Shown piece after piece: positions 18,713 through 28,124 of a stretch of DNA of 63,338 bases. Under the pieces are notes generated by a model that was not told the origin of the DNA, made no database searches, and was given only the letters and a program-made list of their open reading frames with translations. The position numbers and the translations under genes are program-made. How positions within the stretch are numbered: the stretch's first letter is position 1; each line of letters opens with the position of its first letter. Where the stretch lies: assembly GCA_045806665.1 (NCBI GenBank), contig JBJMIW010000372.1:1-63338 (forward strand), written 5' to 3'. This DNA is from Actinoallomurus sp. (GTDB lineage Bacteria; Actinomycetota; Actinomycetes; Streptosporangiales; Streptosporangiaceae).

Positions 18713-19192
18713 ATGAGCGCAACGGAGAGTGCGAAGACCTCCTCGGCCGCTTCGGAGTCCACGGCAGGCCCAGTGACCGCCCGCACGGCCAGTGAGCTGG
18801 TCGGCGAGCACGGCAAGACAGCGATCGCGGATGCGGTCGTCGCCAAGATCGCCGGTATGGCGACCCGCGAGGTGCCGGGAGTTTACGCGATGGGGTCGGG
18901 TCTGTCCCGCGCATTCGGCGCCGTCCGCGAACACCTTCCCAGGGCCGGCGGCCCGAGCATCACTCAGGGCGTCATGGTCGAGGTGGGCGAGCGGCAGACC
19001 GCCATCGACCTGGACATGATCGTCGAGTATGGGGTGTCCATCCCCGATCTGGCCAACGGGGTCCGGCGCAACGTGATCAGTGCCGTGGAGAAGATGTGCG
19101 GCCTGGAGGTCAAGGAGGTCAATATCACCGTCGGTGATATCCACCTTCCGGACGAAGAATCCGCCGAGTCGGCCGAGCCACGAGTCCAGTGA
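18713..19192 (+). CDS. Asp23/Gls24 family envelope stress protein
   Basis: GKTAIADAVVAKIAGMATREVPGV..GVMVEVGE..EVNITVGDI. Confidence 0.95.
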   Translation: MSATESAKTSSAASESTAGPVTARTASELVGEHGKTAIADAVVAKIAGMATREVPGVYAMGSGLSRAFGAVREHLPRAGGPSITQGVMVEVGERQTAIDLDMIVEYGVSIPDLANGVRRNVISAVEKMCGLEVKEVNITVGDIHLPDEESAESAEPRVQ

Positions 19193-19500
19193 CATTCTTC
19201 GGCGACACCGCCGAAACTGGGCGACTGGCGGACCGGATCGCTGCGGCGGTGAGCGCATGCCCATCGGTCGCCCGCCTTGCCGATGGCCCGGTCGCCACAT
19301 ACCTGCCCGGCCGCGCCGTCCAGGGTGTGGCCGTCGGCGAGTGCGAGGTGCGGATCGCGGTGGTGGCCATCTATGGGCGGCCGTTGGCCGAGGTCGCCGA
19401 TCAGGTGCGCGAAGCCGTGCAGCGTGTGACGCCGCATCAGCGGATCGACGTCGCGATCGACGACATGGAGATTCCTGGCGCGGCCGGGCAGACAGGGTGA
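19189..19500 (+). CDS. Asp23-like small protein
   Basis: GTGA coupling; VATYLPGRAVQGV..IDVAIDD. Confidence 0.75.
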   Translation: MTFFGDTAETGRLADRIAAAVSACPSVARLADGPVATYLPGRAVQGVAVGECEVRIAVVAIYGRPLAEVADQVREAVQRVTPHQRIDVAIDDMEIPGAAGQTG

Positions 19501-19709
19501 AGCCGGACCGGCGGGCCTTCAGCGCCTGGGTGCGGGCCCATCATCCCGATGTCGGCGGCGATCCGGGTGAGTTCGCGGCCGGGCTGGCGCGCTGGCGCGC
19601 TGGTGCTGGTCCGGCCGGCGAGGTGAGGGTGTTCCGTTCCCGGGGCGGGCTCTGGCTGCTCGGACGCTGGTTTAGGCGCCGGCGCCGGATAAAGCGGCGC
19701 GTGATGTGA
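19497..19709 (+). CDS. Small basic protein with J-domain-like HPD motif
   Basis: GTGA coupling; WVRAHHPDVGGD; Arg-rich C-terminus. Confidence 0.65.
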   Translation: MKPDRRAFSAWVRAHHPDVGGDPGEFAAGLARWRAGAGPAGEVRVFRSRGGLWLLGRWFRRRRRIKRRVM

Positions 19710-19728
19710 GGGAAGGGGTGTGGCAGCT

Positions 19729-19920
19729 ATGGACGAGCTGCGCTGGTGGCCGGTGGTCGGTCTGGCGTTCGGGACCGCATTGGGGTTCGCCGGCGCCTTC
19801 GGCGGCGTCGGCGCGTTCCTGATTGTGCTGGTGCTCGGAGTGGTCGGATTGTTGGCCGGACGGGCGCTGATGGGCGACTTGGACCTAGGTGAGCTGCTCG
19901 GCGGCCGGAGGCGCTCATGA
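19729..19920 (+). CDS. Small integral membrane protein (DUF2273-like)
   Basis: Gly-rich hydrophobic hairpin within an Asp23/AmaP operon. Confidence 0.75.
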   Translation: MDELRWWPVVGLAFGTALGFAGAFGGVGAFLIVLVLGVVGLLAGRALMGDLDLGELLGGRRRS

Positions 19921-20330
19921 ACACCGTGCCACCGGCGTTGGCCGGTGCGGAGCTCGAACAGCGCGTGGCGGCCCCGGAGATCCGCGGCCGTACGGCGATC
20001 GCCGGTCGGGTGGTGGAGAAAATCGCGGCTCGAGCGCTCACCGAGGTGGATGCGGCCGGCGGGGCCGCCCGGCGGCTTTGGGGCGTTCCACTCGGAAGCG
20101 ATGCCGCAGGCACCAGGTCGCGGGTTAAGGCTCGCGTCGACGGTCGACTGGCGATGCTGCAGATGCGGATCTTTGTGGTCTACCCGGCGCCGATCCGGCA
20201 GGTGACACAGAGGCTACGCGCCCGGGTGATGTCCCGCGTCGGCGAGCTGACCGGCCTGCACGTACGTCAGGTCGACATCGAGATCGTTCGGCTCACCCCA
20301 CCGGAACGAGCCGGCAGGCGGCCGCTATGA
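19917..20330 (+). CDS. Asp23/Gls24 family protein
   Basis: RGRTAIAGRVVEKIAA..ELTGLHVRQVDIEI. Confidence 0.85.
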   Translation: MNTVPPALAGAELEQRVAAPEIRGRTAIAGRVVEKIAARALTEVDAAGGAARRLWGVPLGSDAAGTRSRVKARVDGRLAMLQMRIFVVYPAPIRQVTQRLRARVMSRVGELTGLHVRQVDIEIVRLTPPERAGRRPL

Positions 20331-20920
20331 CCGCTTCAGAGCAGACCCGGCCGCCCAAGACGGTATCTCGCCGTGCGAGAAGGCGGGCGTTCCGGCCCCG
20401 GCGCACCATCCCGGCGATCGTGACGGCCGCCGCGTTGGCCACCGCCGCCATCCTCGTCGCCATCGAGGTGATCACCGCGCTGCTGTTCCACCAGTCGGCG
20501 AACGTGCTGCCGGTGGCAGACCTGGCGCGGCTCGGCCGCGACACGCACTGGGACGATCCACTGGCGCTGGCCGTGTCGGGCGTCGTTGCGGCACTCGGCC
20601 TGCTGCTGTTCCTGCTCGCGCTGTGGCCCGGACACCGGCGGGTCATCGCGTTGGCCTGCGATGACCCCGACATGGTGATGGGCATCACCGCACTGGGGCT
20701 ACGGCGGCAGATCGCGCAGGTCGCCCAGAGCGTGGACGGTATCACCCGCGCCCGCATCACAGTCGGACAACGCCGCATCCAGATCCACGCGGCCAGCCCG
20801 CTCCGCGACACCCGCGGCCTCGCCGAGCAGGTGCACAACGCCGTAACCGAACGCCTTGACCGACTCGCGCCGCTGCGCCTGCCGCGGCTGCGCATCACCG
20901 TGCGGAACCGAAAGGACTGA
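20327..20920 (+). CDS. DUF6286-like membrane protein
   Basis: Two TM helices, then a soluble domain ending RLRITV; ATGA coupling. Confidence 0.75.
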   Translation: MTASEQTRPPKTVSRRARRRAFRPRRTIPAIVTAAALATAAILVAIEVITALLFHQSANVLPVADLARLGRDTHWDDPLALAVSGVVAALGLLLFLLALWPGHRRVIALACDDPDMVMGITALGLRRQIAQVAQSVDGITRARITVGQRRIQIHAASPLRDTRGLAEQVHNAVTERLDRLAPLRLPRLRITVRNRKD

Positions 20921-20923
20921 CCC

Positions 20924-21481
20924 ATGCCCCGCCGCACCGCACGCGGAAACCGGATCGGTCTGGCGATCATCGGCCTGATACTGCTTTTGGCCGGTGCCAC
21001 AGGGCTCGCACGCGGCCTGGACCTTTATCCCGGCTTGCTCGGTGCCGCCCACGCGCCGATCACCGGCCGGGCCACCCGCGCCTTCGCCGACGGCCACACC
21101 TGGTTTTGGATCGCGGTGGCCGCGGTGGCCGCCGTGATCGGCCTGGCGGCGCTGCGCTGGCTCGCCGTCCAGGCCCGCACCGAGGCCCAGCGGACGATCC
21201 GGCTTGAAAGCGACCCCCGGCAAGGAATCACGACCGTGCACGCCCGCGCAGTCACCAGCGCGTTCGAAAACGACCTTCTCGACAGCCCGGACGTGCGGCA
21301 CGCAGCCGCAACGCTCACCGGGACCCCGGCCCATCCGCGACTGTCCCTCACCGTGACCTTGGAACCGAATACCGATCCCGCGACCGCCAAAGACCGCACC
21401 CACCAGGCCCTACAACGACTTCGCCAGGCCCTGCAGACCCCGCACCTGCCGGCCATCGTCTACATCCGCACCAGCCGCTGA
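20924..21481 (+). CDS. amaP: Alkaline shock response membrane anchor AmaP-like protein
   Basis: NRIGLAIIGLILLLAG TM, second TM ending LRWLAVQ; last gene of the Asp23 operon. Confidence 0.75.
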   Translation: MPRRTARGNRIGLAIIGLILLLAGATGLARGLDLYPGLLGAAHAPITGRATRAFADGHTWFWIAVAAVAAVIGLAALRWLAVQARTEAQRTIRLESDPRQGITTVHARAVTSAFENDLLDSPDVRHAAATLTGTPAHPRLSLTVTLEPNTDPATAKDRTHQALQRLRQALQTPHLPAIVYIRTSR

Positions 21482-21610
21482 GCCGCCGGTGGAACTCGCG
21501 GCCGGCGACCGTTGCCGATCCGGTAAGAGCACCTGGCGAATAGCGCCGGATGGCCTCGTCGAACCCGACCACCGTCCCCGCCGGAGGCACGTGCCACTGA
21601 GCCGAAACGA

Positions 21611-22849
21611 TCAGTCGGGGGCTTCGGCCAAGTCCGTGAGCAGATCATTGAGGACCAGTTCCTCTTCTACGCGGACCGCACGTTCGGCCATGGCCGTGGC
21701 CAGGGCGGGGTCCCATGGGGTCGGGCTTGGGCGGCCGGTCAAGGGGGTCGTCGACGCGGCCGCGAGGTAGGCGGCCGCGTCGAAGCGCCATGGGCGCCAG
21801 GCGAGACGCTCCCGGACGGCGGCGGCGATGGCGACTCCACCCCAGTCGAAGTCGCCGTGGTACGCGAAGTCGGAGTCTCCCCGGTGGAGCAGATCCAGCA
21901 GTCGCCAAACGGCCGCCGACGGCCGTCCTCCCACGCAGACCAGCGGCGGGCACCCCGGGCCGAGGGACTCGGCCGCGGCGGCCACGACCACGGGGTTCTC
22001 GCAGATCCGGACGAGGCCGGCGTGGATGGCACCCGGGTAGCGGCGGAGCATGCGCAGGGTGAGGGTGATCGGCTCGCCTGCCTCCCTCGCCGCTTCGAGT
22101 ATCCGCCCGTGCGGTGTCCTCGGGTCTCCCGGGAGGCCGAGGCAGAGGACGAGTGAGGACAGGTCGTCCAGGTGCACGCCGACGTTCGCCCACGCCTGCC
22201 GGCGGGATTCGGCCGTGCCCTCCGAACGGTAGGGGAGGCCGCCCAGGGCACGGGCCGCCGAAAGGGAGAGAGTGGCCAGTGTGGACCCCTCGTCAAGGGC
22301 GTGCGCGTCGCCGCAGGCCTCGGCGGCGAGTTGGCCGAGGGGAATGCCGGGGGAGGGCAGGCGGTCGAGAACGGCGGCGAGCCGGTCCAGGACCTCCTCG
22401 GCCTCGCCGGGGCCGGTGGTGAGGCGGCGCACCAATCCGGTCCCGTCGAGCCAGGCTCGCCAGCCGGTCAGCTCGGCGCGGTCGGCGATCACCGCGTCGA
22501 GCCGCACGTGGGCCTTCTCCCAGGCGGCGGCCGTCTCGGCCTTCTCACGCTCCAGGTCACGTACGGGCCCGTCGAGGAGTGCGACGGCGGCCGCCAAGCC
22601 GTCGGGGCAGGCGCCCCGGCGCAGGACGCGGTCCACTTCGTCGAGAGAGACAGAGAGGGAGGCGCCCGTACCGGCCCGCCGGCCCAGCAGCTTCTCGACG
22701 GCGCGGCGTTGGTCCGAGGTGGCGTTGGCCAGGGTGGTCGTGCCCGTGAGGGCGGCGCCGCGTTCGAGGCGATGGCGGGCCCGGGCGAGCAGCCACGTGA
22801 TGTCCGGGTCGCCCAGCAGCCGTCGCAGCCGGTCGAGATCGGCCGTCAC
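21611..22849 (-). CDS. jetD: Wadjet type II JetD, TOPRIM nuclease (TIGR02679; DUF3323+DUF2399)
   Basis: GDAHALD, ICENPVVV and YHGDFDWGG (TOPRIM Glu and DxD), VEEELV. Confidence 0.9.
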   Translation of the reverse strand: MTADLDRLRRLLGDPDITWLLARARHRLERGAALTGTTTLANATSDQRRAVEKLLGRRAGTGASLSVSLDEVDRVLRRGACPDGLAAAVALLDGPVRDLEREKAETAAAWEKAHVRLDAVIADRAELTGWRAWLDGTGLVRRLTTGPGEAEEVLDRLAAVLDRLPSPGIPLGQLAAEACGDAHALDEGSTLATLSLSAARALGGLPYRSEGTAESRRQAWANVGVHLDDLSSLVLCLGLPGDPRTPHGRILEAAREAGEPITLTLRMLRRYPGAIHAGLVRICENPVVVAAAAESLGPGCPPLVCVGGRPSAAVWRLLDLLHRGDSDFAYHGDFDWGGVAIAAAVRERLAWRPWRFDAAAYLAAASTTPLTGRPSPTPWDPALATAMAERAVRVEEELVLNDLLTDLAEAPD

Positions 22850-25800
22850 GCGAACAGCTCCTCCTGCGGGGGATCGTCGGGTTCAGGCCGCCGGAACGGA
22901 TCGGGCCGGGGAGCGCGGGTGCGTTCCCGGCCGTTCCACCGCCAAGGGGTGACGAGGACCGCGTCGATGCCGTCGCGGCGGGAGAGCTGGCAGATGGCCA
23001 GACCGGGCACCTGGGGGTAACAGCCCCATTCGCGTTCGCTGGTCATGACCACGTCCAGGTCGAAGGTCGCCAGCAGGCCGAGGCACTTGGCGCGCGAGTC
23101 GTCGTCCACGCCCGCGAACGCCTCGTCGAGCGTCACCAGCCTGGGCGCGTACGGGTTGGCGGCGGACTTGTAGTGGGCCGACGCCGCGGCGAACAGCGGT
23201 ACGGACGCGGCGAGCACGCGTTCGCCGCCGGAGGCGGGGCCGGTCGCCGCGCGCCACTGGCCGTCCTGGAGGCGCTGGATCGAGAACTCATGCCAGGTGC
23301 GGTAGTCCAGCGCCCGGGTCAGCGCCTCGGTCCAGCCGGCGGCGGGGTTGTCGGCATGCTCGTGGGCGATCCGCTCCTGCAGGAACGCGCCCACGGCCGC
23401 CCGGTCCTCCGCTGACCAGGCGTCGACGGTCTGGCGCAGTGTCGCGCGAACGCGGCCGAGCCCCTCGGGGGCATTCTTGGCCTGATTCCAGGTCAGGCGC
23501 AGCCGCATGCCGGTCGAGGTCGGGCGGGCGTTCAACTCGGCGTTCATCGCCGCCACCTCCTCCTCGGCGGCGGTGATCCGTTCGTGCAGCTCGCCGGACA
23601 CCTCGTTGAGCAGGTGGTTCTCCAGGATCTCCCGTTCTCTGGCCGACAGCAGCCGGGCACGATGCTCGGTCTCTTCCGTCAGCGCTTCGGCCAGGCCGGG
23701 AATGTCGCGGGTACGGCCCTGGAACAGCACGTCCACGACCATGACGCCGTCGTGCAGGGTCAGTCCGACCGAGTGACCGTGCCGGGACATGGCGTCCGAC
23801 AGTAGTTTGTGCTCCTCGGCCACCTTGCGCTGGCTGCGTTCCCATGGGCCGTCGGAGTCGTCGACGGCCTCGAGCCGGGCGTTGACGTCGCGGGCGAGTT
23901 GTACGGCGGGATTGGCCGCCCACTCGTCGGCCGGGTCGGGGATCACGATCTCGGGCAGGGCGACGGCGAGCAGGCCGGTGGCCGCGAACGATCGGAACTC
24001 GGCGACCGCGGACTCGCGGGCGGTCGTCGCCTCCCGGATGGCCTCGCGCAGGCGGTCGTGAGCCTCCTCGGCCTTGGCGCGTTCGGCGACGGCGTTCCGC
24101 TCGCGGTCAGCGGCGGCCCGTTCGGCCGACTCGCGGGCTTCGAGGTCCCCGCGCACCTTCTCGAGCTGGCGGAACAGTTCATCGACGGCGGCACCCGCGG
24201 TCTCCACGAGGGCCCGGTAGGTCTCCTCGGCCTGCTCCGCCGCGCCCCGAGCGTCCGCGGCCTGCTCGGCGGCCTCGTACAGGCGGGTCTGGGCGCTCTC
24301 CAGGTCTTCGGTGGCCTCGCGCACCGCTTGCCGCGCGGACAGCACCGACTCGGCGGCCGGCCACAGCCCGGCCAGCGTCAGCCGGTAATCCTCCAGCGCG
24401 GCGCGGACGACCCGCAACTCCTCATCGTCGGTCGGCAGGCCGACGTCAGCGGCGAATTCGGCGGCGCGCCCCGCCGCCGTGTCCACTTCGTCCTGCCGGC
24501 GGGCCGCGACCCCGCGGGCCTCGGCGAGGGCGGTGTCCACTTCGCGGCGTCGCCGGTGTTCCCCGGCGAGCCGGACGTGCGCCTCGCGCAGTGCGGTGTC
24601 GGGCGGAAGGCTCCGGTGTTCCTCGGCCAGTGCCCGCTGGCGGTCCGCCACCGCCGTCAGGTCCCGTACGAGACCGGCGACGCGGTCGCGGACCTCGGCG
24701 AGTTCGGTGCGCAGCGATTCCAGCCGGGTCCGCCGGGCCGCCTCGCGGGCTCCCTCTCCGATGTACGCGGCGGTGTCCTTGCGCCAGCTTCCCCCCAGAA
24801 CGCCATTGGCCCAGCGGCCGTCCGCCGCGACCCAGGTGCCGGCGCCCGGACCGAGGCCGATCCGGGTGAGGACGGCTCGTACGGCGTCGTCGGTGAGGGC
24901 GGCGGCCTGGGGGGCGGCCCGGTCGACGGCGGGGTGGAGCACGGTCGCGCACGAGGGGCCGTCGACGGGGGCGCCGGAAAGGACGAACGTGTCGTCCTCG
25001 GCCAGCAGCTCGCCTCCCGGCGTCACCCAGGCGTCGAGGATTCCCGCCGCCTCCAGGGCCGCCTCGAGACCGGCTCGCTGCTCGTCGGGCAGCGGGCCGG
25101 AGAAGTCGACGACCTTCCACAGCGGCGCGCCGGGCCGGTCGGTACGCGCCGCGGGGTCACGGGCATGGGGGACGGGCGGGACGTCGTGCACGCCCGACTC
25201 CAGCCGGGAGATCTCGGTCTCCAGCTCCGTGATCTTCTGTCGTTCGGCCCGCAGGCGGGAGTCGAGGTCGGCCTCGGACCGTCCCAGCGCGGCGGTCGCG
25301 GCACGCGCGGCGTCGTCCACGGCGGTCGCCGCCGGGCTGGTCCCCTCGGCGGTCTGCGCCCACGACTCCAGCGCCGCGACGATCGCGTCCGGATCAGCGA
25401 CCTCGATCTCGGTCAGCTCGGACAGGTAACGCAGGTAGGCCGCGACGAGGTCGGCGGCGCTCTCGCGCGTCGCGTCCTCGGCGGCCGCGATCCGTTCGGC
25501 GGCGGCCCGCAGCTCGCCGTCCAGGCGCTCGACCTCCTCGCGGGCCTTGGCCAGCAGGACCCGGGTCCGCTCGAGCTCGGCCAGCAGCCGGTCGAGCTCG
25601 GTGACGGCGCGGGACCTGTTCACGGCCAGCGTCTCGGTGTCCCGGCGGGCGGCGGCCGGGTCGGTCTCCCACCGGCCGATGATCTCCTCGTGCTCGCCGG
25701 CGCACCCTGCCGCCACTGCGGACCGTGCCGCCTGCTCCCGCATCGCGTCCAGCTTCTTGACGGCCTCGTCGCGCCGTCGCCCCGCGGTTTCGGCGGCGGA

Positions 25801-26958
25801 CCGGCGACGCTCGGCCTCGCCGGCCTTCTCCCGGTGCTCACGTTCGAGCCGGGCCGCGTGGTCGGCTCTGCGCCGGGCCTCCTGGCCCATCTGCTCGATT
25901 CGTTCGGCATCGCGCATCCGCGGGTCGGCCTGGAGCGCCTCCCGGCGGGCCTCCAGGCGCATCTTCGTCTCGGCGAGCTCCGCCAAGAGCCGCGATGCCG
26001 CTTCGAGCTCGGCCTGCGCGGCGGTGTACCGGCCTTCGGCCTCGCCGAGCTCCCGGCCCAACCGCTCGTACCTGCTGTGGGTCTGCCGGGGCGCGGCCGC
26101 TCGGCGCTTGGCGGCGATCGCGGCGTACCGGCGGTAATGGCCGAGAAAGTCGGTCGCGGCCCCCCGCGCCTCCTCCAGGGCGCGCAAGGCGTCGCGCTCC
26201 TCATCCAGGCCGCGGAACGCCTCGGCCACGGTACCGATCAGCGTCGGGCTGAGCGGCGGCAGCGCCTCGGTCAGGGCCCGCGACATCAGCCGCTCGTCGG
26301 GCTTCTTCGACAGCTGCGGGGCCCGGAGCTGGATCAGCAGATTGACCAGCGCCTCGTACCGGTGCTCGCCGAGCCCGAACAGCGCCTCGTCCACGGCCCG
26401 GCGATAGTCGATCGCCCTGTCGTAGACCATCCCCTGCCCCTCGACCGCCTCACGCAGCTTCTCGCGGGTGAGGGCGACCCCGGTCGGTGAGACCAGGCCC
26501 AGGCCCGCGCCCACGCGGTGCGCGGTGACGAAGAACCAGTGCCGAGCGATGCCTCGCCCGGTGACGGCCTTCATCCCGCACCCGATCGTGCGGAACTCGG
26601 TCGTGCCGTCGGCGGCGCGGCGGCCGAACTCCAGCCAGGTGTAGCCGAGCCGCTCGGGGTGGGGATGCTTGCCGCCCAGCAGCAGGTTCCACTCCATGCG
26701 CTTCTGCTTGTCGCCGTCGGGCTCGACGCGGTGCGGGGACAGTTCGCCGTCGAGCAGGAACGGCAGGGTGAGCGCCAGCACCTTCGACTTACCGGTGCCG
26801 TTGTTGCCGCGCAGCAGGAGCCGCCCGTCGTGGAACCAGAATTCCTCGACGTCGTAGTAGAACATGTCCACCAGCCCGGCCCGCAGCGGCTTCCAGCGCT
26901 CCGACTCCGGCTCGGGCAGGGTGGGCGTGATCCTCCGGGATGGCGCTTCGGCGGTCAC
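22846..26958 (-). CDS. jetC: Wadjet type II JetC, SMC-like ATPase (TIGR02680)
   Basis: Walker A GNNGTGKS, long coiled coils, ASGGE signature, Walker B LDEAFAGVD; GTG 26958 coupled to jetB stop. Confidence 0.93.
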   Translation of the reverse strand: MTAEAPSRRITPTLPEPESERWKPLRAGLVDMFYYDVEEFWFHDGRLLLRGNNGTGKSKVLALTLPFLLDGELSPHRVEPDGDKQKRMEWNLLLGGKHPHPERLGYTWLEFGRRAADGTTEFRTIGCGMKAVTGRGIARHWFFVTAHRVGAGLGLVSPTGVALTREKLREAVEGQGMVYDRAIDYRRAVDEALFGLGEHRYEALVNLLIQLRAPQLSKKPDERLMSRALTEALPPLSPTLIGTVAEAFRGLDEERDALRALEEARGAATDFLGHYRRYAAIAAKRRAAAPRQTHSRYERLGRELGEAEGRYTAAQAELEAASRLLAELAETKMRLEARREALQADPRMRDAERIEQMGQEARRRADHAARLEREHREKAGEAERRRSAAETAGRRRDEAVKKLDAMREQAARSAVAAGCAGEHEEIIGRWETDPAAARRDTETLAVNRSRAVTELDRLLAELERTRVLLAKAREEVERLDGELRAAAERIAAAEDATRESAADLVAAYLRYLSELTEIEVADPDAIVAALESWAQTAEGTSPAATAVDDAARAATAALGRSEADLDSRLRAERQKITELETEISRLESGVHDVPPVPHARDPAARTDRPGAPLWKVVDFSGPLPDEQRAGLEAALEAAGILDAWVTPGGELLAEDDTFVLSGAPVDGPSCATVLHPAVDRAAPQAAALTDDAVRAVLTRIGLGPGAGTWVAADGRWANGVLGGSWRKDTAAYIGEGAREAARRTRLESLRTELAEVRDRVAGLVRDLTAVADRQRALAEEHRSLPPDTALREAHVRLAGEHRRRREVDTALAEARGVAARRQDEVDTAAGRAAEFAADVGLPTDDEELRVVRAALEDYRLTLAGLWPAAESVLSARQAVREATEDLESAQTRLYEAAEQAADARGAAEQAEETYRALVETAGAAVDELFRQLEKVRGDLEARESAERAAADRERNAVAERAKAEEAHDRLREAIREATTARESAVAEFRSFAATGLLAVALPEIVIPDPADEWAANPAVQLARDVNARLEAVDDSDGPWERSQRKVAEEHKLLSDAMSRHGHSVGLTLHDGVMVVDVLFQGRTRDIPGLAEALTEETEHRARLLSAREREILENHLLNEVSGELHERITAAEEEVAAMNAELNARPTSTGMRLRLTWNQAKNAPEGLGRVRATLRQTVDAWSAEDRAAVGAFLQERIAHEHADNPAAGWTEALTRALDYRTWHEFSIQRLQDGQWRAATGPASGGERVLAASVPLFAAASAHYKSAANPYAPRLVTLDEAFAGVDDDSRAKCLGLLATFDLDVVMTSEREWGCYPQVPGLAICQLSRRDGIDAVLVTPWRWNGRERTRAPRPDPFRRPEPDDPPQEELFA

Positions 26959-28124
26959 GGTTGAGCGGTCCTTCCGGATTCGCGGACGGTGGGTTCGGCA
27001 AGGGTGTAGCGGGCGATCGCGGGCAGGGCGCGGACCCGGTCGGGCAGCACGACCACCAGGCTCAGTGCGGCCAGCTTCTCCAGGGCGATGTCGAGGAGCT
27101 CCTCCTCGGCGCCCGGGTCGGTCACGCCTCGTCGCCAGTACGAGGCGTGCTCGCCGGCGGCCCGCCGGACGAAGGCGAGCAGTTCGTCCCGCGCCGCCGC
27201 ACCGCGTTCGGCCAGGAATTCGGTCACCAGCAAGGTGACGTGCCCGTCGGTGCGCTGCTCGGGCATCCGCACATCGGTCAGTTCGTCGTCGGTGTCCACC
27301 ATGGCGATGCCCTCCGCCCGGACTTCGGCGAGCAGGCCGGTCGCGTCCTCGATACGGCGCGTGATCGCATGGCGCTGGGAGACCAGGTAGGCGCGCTCGG
27401 CATCGTCCAGGTCGGCGTAGTACACCACCGGGTCGTCCAGCAGCCTGCGGGTCAGGCGATGGCGCAGCGCCCGGTTGCGCAGCTCGTCGGTGTCGGGGGC
27501 GGGCTCGTCGGCGAGCGCGGCCAGCCGTTCGTCGAACGACACCGCGGAGATCGTCGACGGCCCGCGCGTGCCGCCGAGCAGCACCGCCAGTACGTTGCGG
27601 CGCACATCGTAAAGGACGTCGCCGGTCGCGGACAGGTAGGCGTCCTCGTCCCCGGCGACCCGCCGCAGCACGTCCCAGCCGAGCAGGGCCCGTACCACCG
27701 CGACCAGATCGGCGCGTTCGGCCCGGGTGTCCAGGGAGAAGTCGAACGCCAGATCGGGCTCGGCCGCGGCGCCCAGGACCTCTTCGGCGAGCCGCCCCAG
27801 GGTGGTCTGGGCGTCGGCCCGCTCCAGCACCGCCAGCGCCAGGCACAACAGGATGTACCGGCGTCGCCCGAAGGGCTCCTTGGCCCGCCCCCGTGCCGGA
27901 CGGGTGCCGTCCTCCAAGGATTCGGGGATCTTGAAGAGCCGGGCCACCTCCGAATCGACCTGGAGCCGCCAGCCCGTCTCGCTCCGCAGCCAGGCCCGTA
28001 GCTCGGACTGGTACCGGCGGACCAGGACCAACTCCTCGGGGTGGGATTCGGCGGTCAGCAACGGGTGCAGCAACAGGGCCCGCAGCGCCCTGCGCCGCTG
28101 CGCCTCGGCCTCACCCGGGATCAC
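26955..28124 (-). CDS. jetB: Wadjet type II JetB (TIGR02678; DUF2398)
   Basis: RRALRALLLHPLL, ETGWRL, RRRYILLCL, RRLLDDPVVY, EVRAEG; GTGA coupling. Confidence 0.9.
   Translation of the reverse strand: MIPGEAEAQRRRALRALLLHPLLTAESHPEELVLVRRYQSELRAWLRSETGWRLQVDSEVARLFKIPESLEDGTRPARGRAKEPFGRRRYILLCLALAVLERADAQTTLGRLAEEVLGAAAEPDLAFDFSLDTRAERADLVAVVRALLGWDVLRRVAGDEDAYLSATGDVLYDVRRNVLAVLLGGTRGPSTISAVSFDERLAALADEPAPDTDELRNRALRHRLTRRLLDDPVVYYADLDDAERAYLVSQRHAITRRIEDATGLLAEVRAEGIAMVDTDDELTDVRMPEQRTDGHVTLLVTEFLAERGAAARDELLAFVRRAAGEHASYWRRGVTDPGAEEELLDIALEKLAALSLVVVLPDRVRALPAIARYTLAEPTVRESGRTAQP

Noticed and set aside
23809-26490. 893-aa + strand ORF
   Set aside because: Antisense shadow of jetC
26959-27846. 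N-terminal extension making JetC 1666 aa
   Set aside because: Low-complexity alternative frame overlapping jetB; the coupled GTG at 26958 fits better
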